Shown: positions 37,691-50,900 of the stretch, piece by piece
Layout: each line of letters starts with the position of its first letter
Numbering within the stretch: position 1 is the stretch's first letter
Source of the DNA: Ptychomitrium polyphyllum
Taxonomy: Eukaryota
DNA: 64,000 nucleotides
NCBI GenBank assembly: GCA_973851085.1
Contig: OZ316776.1
Span: 13,144,001 to 13,208,000 of the forward strand
Reading direction: 5' to 3'
Made by a program: the position numbers and the translations under genes
The notes under the pieces: generated by a model
Databases searched by the model: none
Seen by the model: the letters and a program-made list of their open reading frames with translations, nothing else
What the model was told of the DNA's origin: nothing

Positions 37691-38799
37691 AATTACTCAT
37701 CGCCATAGGATTTATGATTATTTTGCATCCTTATACAGTTTATTTTATTGTAGTATTGCTCCTTTGCTTTTGTAGATTTTAGTAGAAGATGATAATTTGG
37801 ATTTAAAAAAAAAATAGAATAAATGAAGAGATTGCTTATATTAAATCTATGATTAGAGTTTCCTTACATGAAAGTGGATGGGTGGGTTTACTTTATACAT
37901 CATCAAAGTAACAATTTCCTATACTTAGAAATCTAATGGAGTAAATGTAAGCCAATGGTAACCTCATAACCATTGATATGATTATTAATTTGTAAGTTTA
38001 TAGTTTTCTTCCACCAATAAAAGTGGCATTAGGTTTTTAATGAAATCCAACTATTGAAAAGGATGAAACTTATAAAATAATCTAGTTGAATTTTCCACGT
38101 ATAAGACTTGAACTTGACACGGTGCTAATGGTCAAATGGATGTCAAAGAAGAAGCTATAGAGGATATGAAGGCTAGAATTAAGAAAAGGCAAGTAAGGTT
38201 TTGTGTGGCAGCTTAGGCTTGGCCACCTTTAAGGGTCCTTTGCACTATATATATAAACGTGTTGGAAATAAGAATTATCTTACTCCACACTTCTCTTGTT
38301 GCAACTTTATTCTCTTCTTGTTTATTATACTAGTTTTGCTGCATTTCTTTCAGTAGGTTATGGGCCCATTCATACTTAGTGTGCATTCTAAAGTAGCTCA
38401 AAGTCTTTGTAGTTGTTGTTCTTGCGTAGAGGAAGATCACTTGGTTGTTGTTGATCTTAAAGTTAGAACTGCCTAACTTTGAGCTTTAGAACATGTAAGT
38501 GCTTAATTTGATGGTTTGAGCTCTTGTAATATCATGGATGTTGAAACTCTTCAAATAGTGAATTTCTTTAAGTGATGATAAGGCCTTGATAATGTCTTTG
38601 TTGAATTCAAGCTTCAAATACCAACTTCTTGTGTTTGATATTCTTATCTTGTCAACACATTGACAAGAGTGCTTTATAAGTAGAAATAGTAAGTTGGAAG
38701 AATTGTCTCTGCACTTATATGTGTAAAAACTTGTCAAGAAGCATAGGAGTTGGACAAGAGTGTGTTTGGAGGTAGACTTGTCACTTCTTGTATTTATAC

Positions 38800-40778
38800 A
38801 TGGCTTTGAGTGAAGGTGAAGGTTTAAAGATTATTTATAAGTTTTCATGATAAGAGCTTCTACCAATGGAAGGTTAGGATGGAGTTCTCTTTGGCTTCTT
38901 TGAACCTTTAAGACTTTATACATGACAATGAAGTTGCTCAATCATTATTGGCCCCTGCAAAGGAGAAGAAGGAATTCCAACATTGTAAGAAGAAGGCTTT
39001 TGGCATCCTTGCCAATAACCTTAATGATGCCAATTTTACTCATATAATCTCTTGCAAAGAATTAACAAAAGCGTAGAAGACTCTTTGCAACATCTATGAA
39101 AGTAAGAACCTCTCCAACATCATTTTTACAAAGAAAAAGTTCTTGAATTGCAAAATGGAAGAAGATGAGGAATTCATGGCGTACGTCAACATGTTGAAGG
39201 CCTTTGTAAGATAATTTGCCATTGTGGCAAAGCCATTGAAGAATTTGGATGTTGTAATTAGATGAGCTTGCCAAAGTCCTATAGCTATTTCATTACGGCC
39301 TCAAAGTCCATTCCCATAAAAGACCTCACCATAAACTATATGCGGCAATGTTGAGCCATGAAGAGACCAAGAGGAAGGAAAAGAGGACTTCAAGTGAAGA
39401 CTAGGCCTTCATCTCAAAGCAAGTAAAGGACATCTACTCTAACCAATGTCCCAACTTTAGAACTTGCTTTGTTTGTTGAAAACAAAGTTATTTTGCTGGA
39501 AGTTGTTACAAGGCCAAAAAATGGGAGAAGGAGGATGTCAACCATGTAATGGATCACCTTGGAGTTGGTGATTGTGCCTTCATGGCAAGAAAAAGGCCGC
39601 CCATGGTTGTTCTATCCAAGTGGATAATTGATTTGGGCACCACAAAGCACATGACTCCTTACAAATGCTCATTTCACACTCATAAAACTATTCCAGCTAC
39701 TAGTATATTCATAGGTGATAATGGTAAGGTAGAGGCCGTTGAAATAGGATCCATTGTGGTAGAGGTTGTTGTAAAAGGTAAGACCAAGAGGATCACCTTT
39801 AAAGACGTCTTCCATATGCTAAAGATGAAGTCCAATCTCCTCTACGTGAACAAACTTGTAACGGGAAGATTTGTGGCTCATTTCAATGTAAATGGATGGA
39901 AATGTTGTTGCCACGACCTTAAATGATAGCAACTTGTACTTTTAGTGTAAAAAAGGGAATGGAGTGGAAGTGGCGGCCTTTATTAAATTCACTCAAGATG
40001 AAGACAAGTTTGGCATTTGGCATTACCGCTTTAGGCACTTGAATGTGAAGGCCATGAAGGAGCTTCAAGGCATGGTAAGTGGCTTGGATCTTGGTACAAT
40101 ATGCCACAAGTCCAAAGAACTCACTAATGAAAATTACATCCAAGGCAAGCAACAAAGGGCTTCATTCCAAGTAGAGTGGCAATTCATGCAAGCACATTGT
40201 TGGAAATTGTTCACTCCAACATATGTGAATCTACGAAGACTCCATCTATGGATAGCACAAGGTGTTTATTCACTTCCATTGATGATTTTTAAATGAAACT
40301 GTAGATATTCATCCTTGAGGCTAAGTAAGAGTGCTTTGCAAGATTGAAGGAATTTGAGGTGCTTGTGAAAAAACAATGTGAGCCAAAGAATAAGGTATTG
40401 TACTTAGACAATGGCGGTGAGGTTTTCTGTAAGCCATTTGATGATTTCTTGAAAGATGAAGGTATTGTAAGGCAAACCTCCACTGAATACACTCCACAAC
40501 AATATGGAGCAATTAAGAGGGCAAATAGCACTATGACGGAGATGGCGAGGAGCATACTTCATGCTCAACATCTTGGGCATAAGTTGTGGGCAAAAGCAAT
40601 GGTGAATGCGATTTATATAAGAATTAAGTGCCTCACAAGTGCTCTTGCATTTATAACCCTTGAAGAAGCTTGGAGTGGTAAAAAACCATATATTTCATGC
40701 ATGACAATCTTTGGATGACTTGTATATACAAAGGTTTCCGATTGCATGAGATACAAGTTTTATGCCAAGAGTACAAAG
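38800..40778 (+). pseudogene. Copia gag, protease and integrase (decayed)
   Basis: MALSEGEG..FYQWKVRME; decayed zinc knuckle ~39465; WIIDLGTTKHMT (protease); WHYRFRHLN; YLDNGGE and YTPQQYGAIKRAN (integrase); many stops and frameshifts. Confidence 0.88.
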
Positions 40779-41014
40779 TGTTAAAGACATAAGAAACAAG
40801 AAGCAGAGACGAAATATTTCTCAAGAATTAGCTTTCAAAGAGTTAATGATTATTAGAGGCACAAGAAACAAGAAGTAGAGTTAAAGTGTTTTCCAAGAAT
40901 TTGCTTCCAAAGAGCTAATGATCAACAAGAACTAATACAAAGACTAAACTAAGGCATGATACAATATAATCCACAACTTGTATTGGCAAGACCAAGAAAT
41001 ACCTTGTCTTGTCT

Positions 41015-41270
41015 CCTATTTATATTATGACACTTGTATCTCTTAGGATATTTCTAAAGAAGCTTTCTACAAGGCTTAAGAATGTTCTAGAAGTCTATAG
41101 AACCTTCTTGAGAAGTTTTCAAAGATGTTGGAACCTCCTTTGGAAAGTTTCCAAGGTGGTGGAATTGTCTTAGGAAGTTTTCCAAGGAGATGGAAATGGC
41201 TATAGAGACATTGAAAGTATTATAAGAAGCTATTACAATATACTAGAAGGTTTTAGAAGATTCTAAAGAC
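41015..41270 (-). promoter_or_regulatory. LTR promoter: TATAAATAGG plus upstream heat-shock-element-like GAAnnTTC arrays
   Basis: TATA 41015-41024 (minus); perfect 3-unit HSE GAATGTTCTAGAA at 41080-41092; GAAGGTTTTAGAAGATTC near 41246; equivalents in the 41297-41942 and 55772-56250 LTRs. Confidence 0.6.
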
Positions 41271-41296
41271 TATGTTGCATGATCAATGTCCGTGAT

Positions 41297-41942
41297 TGTT
41301 AAAGACACAAGAAATAAGAAGCAAAAACGAAGTGTTTCTTAAAGAATTAGCTTCCAAGGAGCTAATGATTAACAAGAACTTGATACAAAGACTAGAATAA
41401 GGCAAGATTCAAGATGATCCACAACTTATGTTGGCAAGACTAAAGAATACCCTGCCTTGCCTCCTATTTATACTATGACGTTTGTATCTCCTAGGATACT
41501 TCTAAAGAATCTTCCTACAAGGTTTAAGAATGTTTTGGAAGTCTAGGGAACCTTTCCAAGAAGTTTCCTAAGATGTTGGAACCTTCCTAAGAAGCTTCCA
41601 AGGAGTTGGAACCTTCCTTGGAAGTTTCCTAAGGTAGCGGAACCTTTTTAGGAAGTTTTCTAAGGTGGTAGAACTTTCATAGGAAGCTTCCTAAGATGAT
41701 GGAACCTTCCTTGGAATTTTCCTAAGATGATGGAATCTTCGTAGGAAGTTTCCTAAGAAATTACCTAAGATGATAGAACCTTCCTAGGAAGTTTTCTAAG
41801 GTAGAAGAACTTTCCTAGGAAGCTTTCTAAGAATATGGAAAGGCTATGGAGACATTTAAAAGTATTCTAAGAAGCTATTATAATATACTAAAAGGTTATA
41901 GAATGTTCTAAGGACTATATTGCATGATCTATGTCCGTGACA
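41297..41942 (-). mobile_element. Solo LTR of the same Tcn1-like family, inserted in the inner tip of the left LTR
   Basis: TGTTAAAGAC...GTCCGTGACA ends; flanked by GTGAT (41292-41296) and GTGAC (41943-41947); contains 9 copies of a ~31-bp unit. Confidence 0.8.
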
Positions 41943-42609
41943 GTGACAATACGCCTTTTTTTAGCGACAAGTTCCATGAATAGCTTTTCTTATGGCTTGT
42001 TCGTCACATCTCTATAAATTCCAAAATTTGTTGAAGGAGTGAAGCAATATATTATGCTTATTATTCTTTGTTCACTGGTTCAACTGGTCCTTGCAAGAAG
42101 TACCAATGACCACCAGCCAAGACTTCTGTTGTTGAAATGTCTAAGCCCAAGATTTTATTTTGATTAAGTTATTCAAAACATCCTTCAAATAGAATCTTAA
42201 GTCTTCTAAAAGAAACTCTTCCAACTTTTAACAAGATGATTAGAGAGTGAGCATCTAAATTCAAATCAAAATGTGAAGGACAATTAGCCAATACTTTTGT
42301 ACGAAGTCGCCCTTAACGTTGGAATGTTTGTCTCATATCTTGGCTTAGATCCTCCGTTACAGAAGGCTGAAAAAAGTTGAGTTAGCTAAATAGATGCTGT
42401 TGTTGGTGAAGGCACGACCGACTGCTCTTCACGCATGTATATGATAACACAAAGATTTGACATACTAGCTAGAATCTAGAGATGATTTATCTTGGTAATA
42501 ATGTTGCATACAATTGGAAGTTTGGATATCTCTCTTCCCTTCTGATACTTGTCTATGAGAAAAAATTTCTTTGTAAACCTCATGATTATTGATAATACAT
42601 CATTAGTGA

Positions 42610-43728
42610 CCTGATTTCTGAGGATATTTTTGATGAAATCGACATGCCTTCTCAAATGCATTTGTTACGTTCATCAAAGGTTTCCATGTTTGGTCATTGG
42701 TACCATATCTTTGCCAATGTATAAGGTATTCCACATGTCCAATTTTATGCGTGAATCTAAAATTTCTTTGACCTCATACTCCATTTTATTATTGATTTCT
42801 ATCAAAAGAGGCAAAGAGACAAACTTCTCTGGTATACATGACTTATTGTGGATTTTCAAGAACAATACGTGGAACACTGGATGAATTTGCATAATTGGTA
42901 GTAATTTAAGGCGATACATGACCGGATTAATTGGTTTGCTCATTTCAAACAATTCCAGCCTTTGATAGTCTAGCTTCTTTGACGGTCTTTATATTTGTAT
43001 GTTTCATCGTAGGAGCCATACACTATCTCCAACCTTGAACTTTGAATGGTCATTTTTATGACAATTTGCATAAGTTTTGTAATGATCTTGAGCTTGTTGT
43101 AACTAAAAAGCAAATTCTTAGTAGATTTTAGCAAGTTGATCTGCAAAATCTTTTATTGCAAGACTTCCAACATGCTTCACTTGAAAATTGTCTGCTTGAG
43201 GATGATGGCCATAGTTTGCAAAGAATGGACTTTGAATTGTTGAAGAATGCATTCTATTGTTGTAAGCAAACTCTGCCAAAGATAAGAGGTCCATCTAGTT
43301 GTCTTGCAGGTAGTTTATATTACAACAAAGGTAGTGCTCTAAAATTTGATTCACACATTTGGTTTGACCATTAATCTACAGATGATGTGCTGAAGAAAGG
43401 TTGATCTTCATACGCAACAATTGAAATAGAGCCTTCTAAAAGTTGGAAATGAACTGCAGCCCTCGATTGGATACAATATCATTTAATAGTCCATGTATAC
43501 GGTAAACGTAATTCGAAAACAACTTGGCAGTTTCCCATCCCATTATCGTCTTGTTGCATGGAATGAAATGTGTTACTTCATAAATCGATCCACTTCTACT
43601 AAAATAGAATCCTTATAATTAGATTTTGAAAGGTCTGTCTTAAAATCCATTAACAATGACAACCATGGATCTTCTAGTACTGGCAGTGGACGGAGGAGAT
43701 CATGAGGTAGGTGTCTTGATACCTTAGC
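42610..43728 (-). pseudogene. Tcn1-like integrase and chromodomain (decayed)
   Basis: LLRPLPV..PW..MDFKTDL..ILVEVDRFMK; IHPVFHV; EYEVKEILDSR, then frameshifted EYLIHWQRYGTNDQTWKP. Confidence 0.85.
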
Positions 43729-44987
43729 TGTCGTACACCTCTCTTTGAGGAGTGCTGGCAATACTAAGGGTACAAGAAAAATCCCGAAGTGACGTCCGGG
43801 ACTTGTGGCGCCGATAGTGAGGTGAACCGAGTAGGCCTAGCGTGAACGGGACCCCGAGGGAGAGAAACATCCTTGCCCATGTAGACCGAGGACTACAAGG
43901 GATAAATTGTAGGCATTAGAGTACTCATGACAAGTTGATTCTAGAATGCTAAAGATTGCTCAAATTGGACAAGCAAGCTAAAAGATACGGCATTCCAAAA
44001 TTGGGGCTGCCAAGAGGCTGTTCTAGACTGTGGCAGCCCTAGACTATAATTGTGCTGAACTGGGACAAAGCACGGAGGAGCTCCTTGAGAATTCCAAACC
44101 TTGAGAAAGGCATATCTCCTAGAATACTAAGTGAAACTAGACATTTGAGGAGTCTATTGACATTTATGCAAAGAATAAATGACAATAGACAGGTTGCTTG
44201 ATAGATTTGGACACTAGACGTGGAAGATATGGCTCCTTAAAGTTCCGCAGGGAGTTCCGGAGGCTTCCAGCGGCTAAGTCCCAAGGAAGATCGGGTGGTC
44301 TTCCAAAGTTTTTGGTATGTCGCAATTCAGCCAACTACAGAGGGCCAGGGAGGCCTGCTGAATTCCATAAAGAGTACTATAGGGGAGGGCTGGTTCTCCT
44401 CCTTACTTCCCTAGTGTCTCGGTAGGAACCAAGGATGAGTCCCGGTTGGTGGAGTTAGTGTTGGGGGCTTCACCACGGAGACTTCCAGACCATTGTGAGC
44501 CGATGGATGACCGGTTTCATGAAAGAAACTAGTGAGATGAAAAGGGCACGCTTGTTACCACTAAGTTGGGGTGGTGTCTTTACGCCGGCACCATGATGGC
44601 TCAGAGTAATCTTAGGATCATATGGGCATCATGAGTGGTGGTGAAGAGACACCACTAAATGCGGTTAGGTCGTGTGGAATGGGAGTAACACCAAGTGAGG
44701 CCTTGGACATGAATGGAAGTCCGCACCTAATCATTGGCTACCAATCAATTAGGTGTCCTAAGAGAAATAATAGAAAGAATTGGAAACCAAGCTTGGGACT
44801 TGGAGAGTGAAAATGGGGGTTATCCATGTGCATGTGGGGGTGTACAGGGTTGACGTGAGTGACGTTTGTTAAGGTGAATTACAAGAGTTACAACATTTGG
44901 TATTAGAGCAGGCTTTGAGTATCCAAGTGCTACGTTGTAAAGAAGCAACGGGTTAGAAGAAGGTTGATAATGGTAGAGAGCCCGAGG
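43729..44987 (+). mobile_element. Truncated Gypsy element A: LTR 43729-44895, mutated PBS and leader
   Basis: TG...CA LTR homologous to 44988-46134; followed by TTTGGTATTAGAGC (variant tRNA-iMet PBS). Confidence 0.88.
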
Positions 44988-47900
44988 TGTCGCGTATCTC
45001 TTTTTGAAGAGTGCCCGCAACTCTAAGGGCACAAGGAGGACCCCGAAGTGACGTCTGGGACTAGTGGCGCTGATAGTGAGAGGAACCGAGTGGACCTACT
45101 GTGAGAAAGATCTATAGGGGGAGAAACATCCTTGCCCATGTAGACCGAGGGCCATGGAAGACAAATTGCAAGCATTGGAGGAATTACAAAGAGTTGATTT
45201 TGGAATGTTAAAGATTGCTCAAATAAGACAAGGGAGCTAAAAGATATGGCATTCCAAAGTTGCGGTTGCCAAAGGGCTATTCTGGACTGTGGCAGCCCTA
45301 TATAGTGACTGTATTGGACTAGGACAATCCAAGGCGGGACTCCCCGGGAGTTCCGAACCTTGGGAGAGGCATATCTCCCAGAACACTAAGTCAAATCGGA
45401 CGTTTGAGGAGTCTAACGGCATCTACGTAAAGAATAGACAATAATAGAGTGGTTGCTCAATAGATTTAGGTACCAGACATGGAAAATAAGGCTCCCTTAA
45501 GGTCCGTAGGGAGTTCCAAAGGCTTCCAGCGGCTAAGTCCCAAGGGAGATCGGGTGGTCTTCCAAAGTTTTTGGTATGTCGCAATTCAGCCAGCTACAGA
45601 GGGCCAGGGAGGCCTGCCAAATCCTACAAAGAGTACTATAAGGGAGGGCTGGTCCCCCTCCCCACTTCCCCAGTGTCTCGGTAGGAACCAAGGGTGAGCC
45701 CCGGTTGGTAGAGCTAGTGTTGGGGGCTTCACCACAGAGACTTCCACACCATTGTGAGCCGGTGGATGACCGGTTTTACGAAGGAAACTAGTGAGATGAA
45801 AAGGACACGCTTGCTACCACTAAGTTGGGGTGGTGTCTTTATGCCGGCACCATGATGGCTCAGAGTGATCTTAGGATCATATGGGCATCATGAGTGGTGG
45901 TGAGGAGACACCACCAAATGCGGTTAGGTCGTGTGGAATGGGAGTAACACCAAGTGAGGCCTTGGACATGAATGGAAGTCCGCACGTAACCATTGGTCAC
46001 CAATCAATTGGGTGTCCTAAGAGAAATGGTAGAAGGACTTGGAGAGTGAAAATGGGGGTTAACCATGTGCATGTGGGGGTGTACAGAATTGACGCGCGTG
46101 ACGTTTTTTATGGTGCATTACAAGAGTTGCGACATTTGGTATCAGAGCAGGCTTTGAGTATCTAAGTGCTATGTTGCAAGGAGGCAATGCGTAAAAAAAA
46201 GGCCGGTGATGGCGGAGTGCCCGGGGCCTTTAAACGACTACGCACAAGGGTGAAGAAAGACCCTAATTTGATTAATGAAGCTCCATCCTTTGATTCCAAT
46301 GAGCAAGGGAATGACATTGGAGTCACCGAGGAAGTTGAGGAAACTCAACAAGACGAAGCATTGGAGGATGGAGAGTACTCAGGAGCTAGGATTCCTGAGC
46401 CACCTGAGGGCCTAGAGAGTCAGGACCCTGACTTAAGTTTTCGCATGAAAATGCTCGAGTTTATGCACGGTGTGAATCAAGAACTCAAACGTGGCAAAGA
46501 AGAAAGGGCTCGTCAAGGAAGGTTGATTAAGCACTTGATGGCACAAGGTTCTAGGCCCTCATTGTCAACCAAGAAGTTGGCCAAAGTGAATATGCCAAGC
46601 ACTTTTTCTAGGCTAAGGAAAGCAAGAAAGGTGAAGGAATTTCTTTTGGAAATGGACAACTATTATAATGTTCAAAAGCCGAATGAAAGGGACAAGTTTT
46701 CAATTGCGGTGACCTTTTTGAAGGACCATGCTCTTCAATGGTGGACAAGTAAAAAGGAGCAAGAGCCGGAGTTGGTGGCGACTTTGTCTTGGGTCGGATT
46801 TAAGGAGATTTTGAGTGAACGCTTCACTCCGGAATACCAAGAATTGAGGGAGGACATGAACTTGGTGCAAATGAGGCACACCGGGTTGCTCAAGACTTAT
46901 GTGCAAGATTTCAATGCCCAAATGAATGCCACATTCAAAATGGATGAGTTTTCAAAGAAATGCATCTTTTTGGGTGGGCTTCAAAAGTGGGTGGTGGACG
47001 CCTTATTCAAGTTCCCAAAGCTTCCGGAGGACGTGGCGGGAATCATTAAGATTGCGGAAAGAATTGAAGCCGACGGACCCGAAAGAAAATCAAGTGGTCC
47101 CTCTCAACAAAATAGATTGAGCCGAAATATATCTCGCGGCGGAGAACGCAAGAAATTTGGCTTTGGAAACAAACACAAGGAACAAGTAGATGGAAGGGCC
47201 TACAACAAAGTGGACCATCATGAGAGAAAACCATTCAAATCGGGAGATAAGAGTGCTGAGGTGAAGCACAAGTGTTGCCACGGGTGTGGCAAGATTGGTC
47301 ACTTCATTGCGGAGTGCCCCGATAAAAAGGTGAGTACTAAAGCTTGTCACACTTGTGTTGTGGATCACATTTTAGAAGGTGGATTTGTGGCCAAGGCTAG
47401 TAGCCTTAAGCCAAGGTCGAGTCTCTTATACCTTGAGGCCCAAATAAATAGCAAAAATGTTTCATGTTTGATTGACACAGGGGCAACGCACTCCTTCATG
47501 AGTCCCAAGCTAGCAAGGGAGTTGGGCTTGTCGGCTCAAAAAGCTAGCAAGCCCATCAACATGCGATTTGCAAAAGGCAAACCGTACGAGATGAAGGAGG
47601 TGGTGTTGGATGTGGCCTTAAGTAGTGGGACATTGGAGTTGAAAGAAAGTTATACACCATGTGACATGGATGACGTAGATCTCATTTTAGGTGATACCTT
47701 TTTTGAAACTCATGTGGTGGATGTGAAGCAAAAGCCAACACGGTTAGTAGTGCGCCGTGGTGGGAAGGAGGCAATATTGAAGTTGACTAGGACTCCTATG
47801 GTTGTGGGAGGAGAGTTGAATTTAGTCTCCTTAGAACAACTAGAGAATAATCAATTTGTGGTTGTGATGCGTATGGAACAAGAAGAGGAGAATAGGCCAA

Positions 47901-50900
47901 GTGCCAAGGAAGTTAGAACTATTCCCAAGTGCATTCAAAATGTACTAAGTGGTTACAAGGATGTGCTCACCAATAAGCTGCCCGCAGAGTTACCGCCAAG
48001 AAGAGAAGTGGATCACAAAATTGAAGTGATACCGGGAACGGAGCCCCCTTCTAAGGCTCCATACCGGTTGAATCAAAAAGAGCTAGAGGAGCTGAAGAAG
48101 CAATTGAATGACTTGTTGGAAAGACGCTATGGTAGGCCAAGTAAGTTGCCATATGGAGCACCGGTCCTCTTCGTATACAAAAAAAATGGCAAGCTCCGCA
48201 TGTGTGTTGACTATAGAGCCTTAAATAAAGCCACCATCAAGAACAACTATCCTTTGCCTCGCATTGATGACCTCTTTGATAGATTGGCGGGAGCTAAATA
48301 CTTTAGTCGGATAGACTTGAAGTCGGGCTACTATCAAATCCGCATTGCGAATGAAGATGTGCCAAAGACCGCATGCCGCACTAGGTATGGATCCTATGAA
48401 TTTTTGGTGATGCCATTCGAGTTGTGTAATGCTCCTTGGACGTTCACGACCCTCATGAATACCATCTTTCGAGAAGAGATGGATGACTTTGTCATTATTT
48501 ATATTGATGACATCTTGGTGTACTCCAAGTCGGCGGAAGAACATGCAAGGCACCTTGAAGTGGTGCTTCAAAAACTTAGGGACCACAAGCTTTATGCCAA
48601 TGGAGAAAAGAGTGAGTTTGCTCAACTTGAGATTGAGTTCTTAGGTCATATAGTGACGGATGATGGAATCAAGCCGGACATAAGGAAGATAAAGGCAATT
48701 AGAGAGTGGAAACAACCTTCTACACAAAAGGGGCTAAGATCATTTCTTGGCCTAGCAAATTATTATAGGAGGTTCATATGCAACTTCTCCAAAATTGCTA
48801 GACCTTTGTCCGACTTGTTGAAGAAAGGAGCTAGCCAAGTATGGGATGAATTTTGTCACCAAGCTTTTCAAGAACTGAAGGATTAGTTGTCACAAGTGCC
48901 GGTATTGAAGTTTCCCGAGTTTGAAAAGCCCTTTGAGGTCCACACGGATGCAAGTGACTTTGCCATTGGCGGAGTACTCATGCAAGAAGGCATGCCAATT
49001 GCCTATAAGAGCAAAAAGTTGGATGGGTGCCAGAGGAGGTGGTCTACGCACAAGAAAGAACTCTTTGCCATTGTGCATTGTTTGAAAACATGGCGGCACT
49101 ACTTGGGCCTACATAAAATCAAGGTCTACACGGACGACGTGTCCTTGAAGTACTTTGAGTCGCAAGCACAAATGAGTGCAAAACAATTGAGGTGGCACGA
49201 CACCTTGGCATTCATGAATGTGGATTTGATCCACAAGCCGGGGCGTGACAATGTAGTGCCGGATGCTCTAAGTAGGCGGGAGGAGTTGGAAGCGATGGGC
49301 ACAACCCAAGTCCTGCGAGTAATGTACAAGGGAGAAGGCAATTTGGAAAGGAAGATAAGAGAGGGGTACATGAAGGACTCCGAAGCACAAAGGCTTCTCG
49401 GCGAGCTTAAGAAGGGTAAGAAACTTAAGGAAATTAAGTTGGAGAAGGGATTGCTCAAGTACAAACAAAGTCGGGTGTATGTGCCTCAAGGAAAACTACG
49501 GTTGTTGGTTTTGAAAGAAGAACACGATAGTCCCATAGCCGGCCATAGAGGGAAAAGACCACCATAATGGCGGTGTCAAGAAGGTACTATTGGCCAGGCA
49601 TGAAAGAAGACATTACCGACTTTGTGAGAACTTGTGTGAAGTGCCAACTTAATAGAGCCTCTTACCAAAAGCAAGCCGGTCTACTACAACCTTTGCCAAT
49701 TCCGTCGGGTCCATGGCATAGCGTGTCCATGGACTTCATCACAAGTCTTCTGGAATCACAAGGGCATGATGCCATCTTTGTGATGGTGGATCGCTTTAGC
49801 AAGTTGGCGCACATGGTGCCAACTAGAGGAACCGTAACTGCACATGAGACCGCAAAGCTATTCCTCGATGCATGGTGGAAACATCATGAGTTGCTGAGAG
49901 TGATTGTGTCGGACCGAGATCCAAAATTCACTAGTGCTTTTTGGAAACATTTCTTTGGAAAAGTTGGAACCAAATTGACGTTTAGCACTGCCTTCCATCC
50001 TCAAACGGATGGGCAAACGGAACGAGTGAACGGAGTCTTGAACCAATACTTGAAGAACTTTGTGAGTGCGGACCAGTGCGATTGGGTGGATTATGTGAGC
50101 CTTGCGGAGTTCAATTACAATGCGGCCAACCATTCGGCGACAAAGCAGTCGCCATTTAAGGTGGCCTATGGAGTGGAGCCACTCCAGCCTGTCGACTTAG
50201 CTCTCGAAGGGGCACATTCAGCACTAGAGTTTAACCAAGATGGTGAGGACTTGGCCAAAAAGCGAGAACAGATGTTGGAGAAGACCAAGCTTTTGTTGGA
50301 AAAGGCACAAAAGCGGTACGAGAAACAAGTCAATGTCGGGAGACGTGAAGTGGAGTATGAAGTAGGCCAAAAGGTATTGTTGAATGTGAAGAACTTTAGC
50401 TTGCCCGAAGGCCTCACTCCAAAGTTCATGTCCAAGTTTGCGGGGCCGTTTTCCATTGTGGAGCGGGTGTTTAAGGATGTGTACAACTTGAAGCTACCAC
50501 TCAAAATCAATGTGCATCCAACATTCCATATCTCACTCCTTAAGCCATTCAAAAAAGATACTTTGTGGCTTAATTGCAAACAAGTGATTTGGCCACCGCC
50601 GGAATTGGTGAGCGACCACTTGGAATACGAAGTAGAAGGAATTCTCAAGTGTAGGCACCACAAGAAAGTAGGAAAAGAGTATTTGGTGAAGTGGAGAGGG
50701 TACCATGAGAAGGAAGTAACTTGGGTAGCAGCCAAGGACTTGGAAAATGCCAATGAAGCGGTGGAATGCTTTGAAAAGGATAGGAACTCCAACAAAAGAC
50801 AACGTCGGCATTGATGAGGACATTAATCTCTTTTAGTAGGGGGAGAGAGGCTTGTAGCAATAACTTCTTCACATCATGTATTGGTTCCTTGACTTATGGC

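Noticed and set aside
41548..41837. Palindromic ~31-bp repeats superficially like a CRISPR array
   Set aside because: Head-to-tail with no unique spacers, inside an LTR, eukaryotic context, no cas genes.
48884..48886. In-frame TAG in pol as programmed readthrough
   Set aside because: It lies inside the RT-RNase H region rather than at a gag/pol junction, and the copy has a second lesion; best read as a nonsense mutation.
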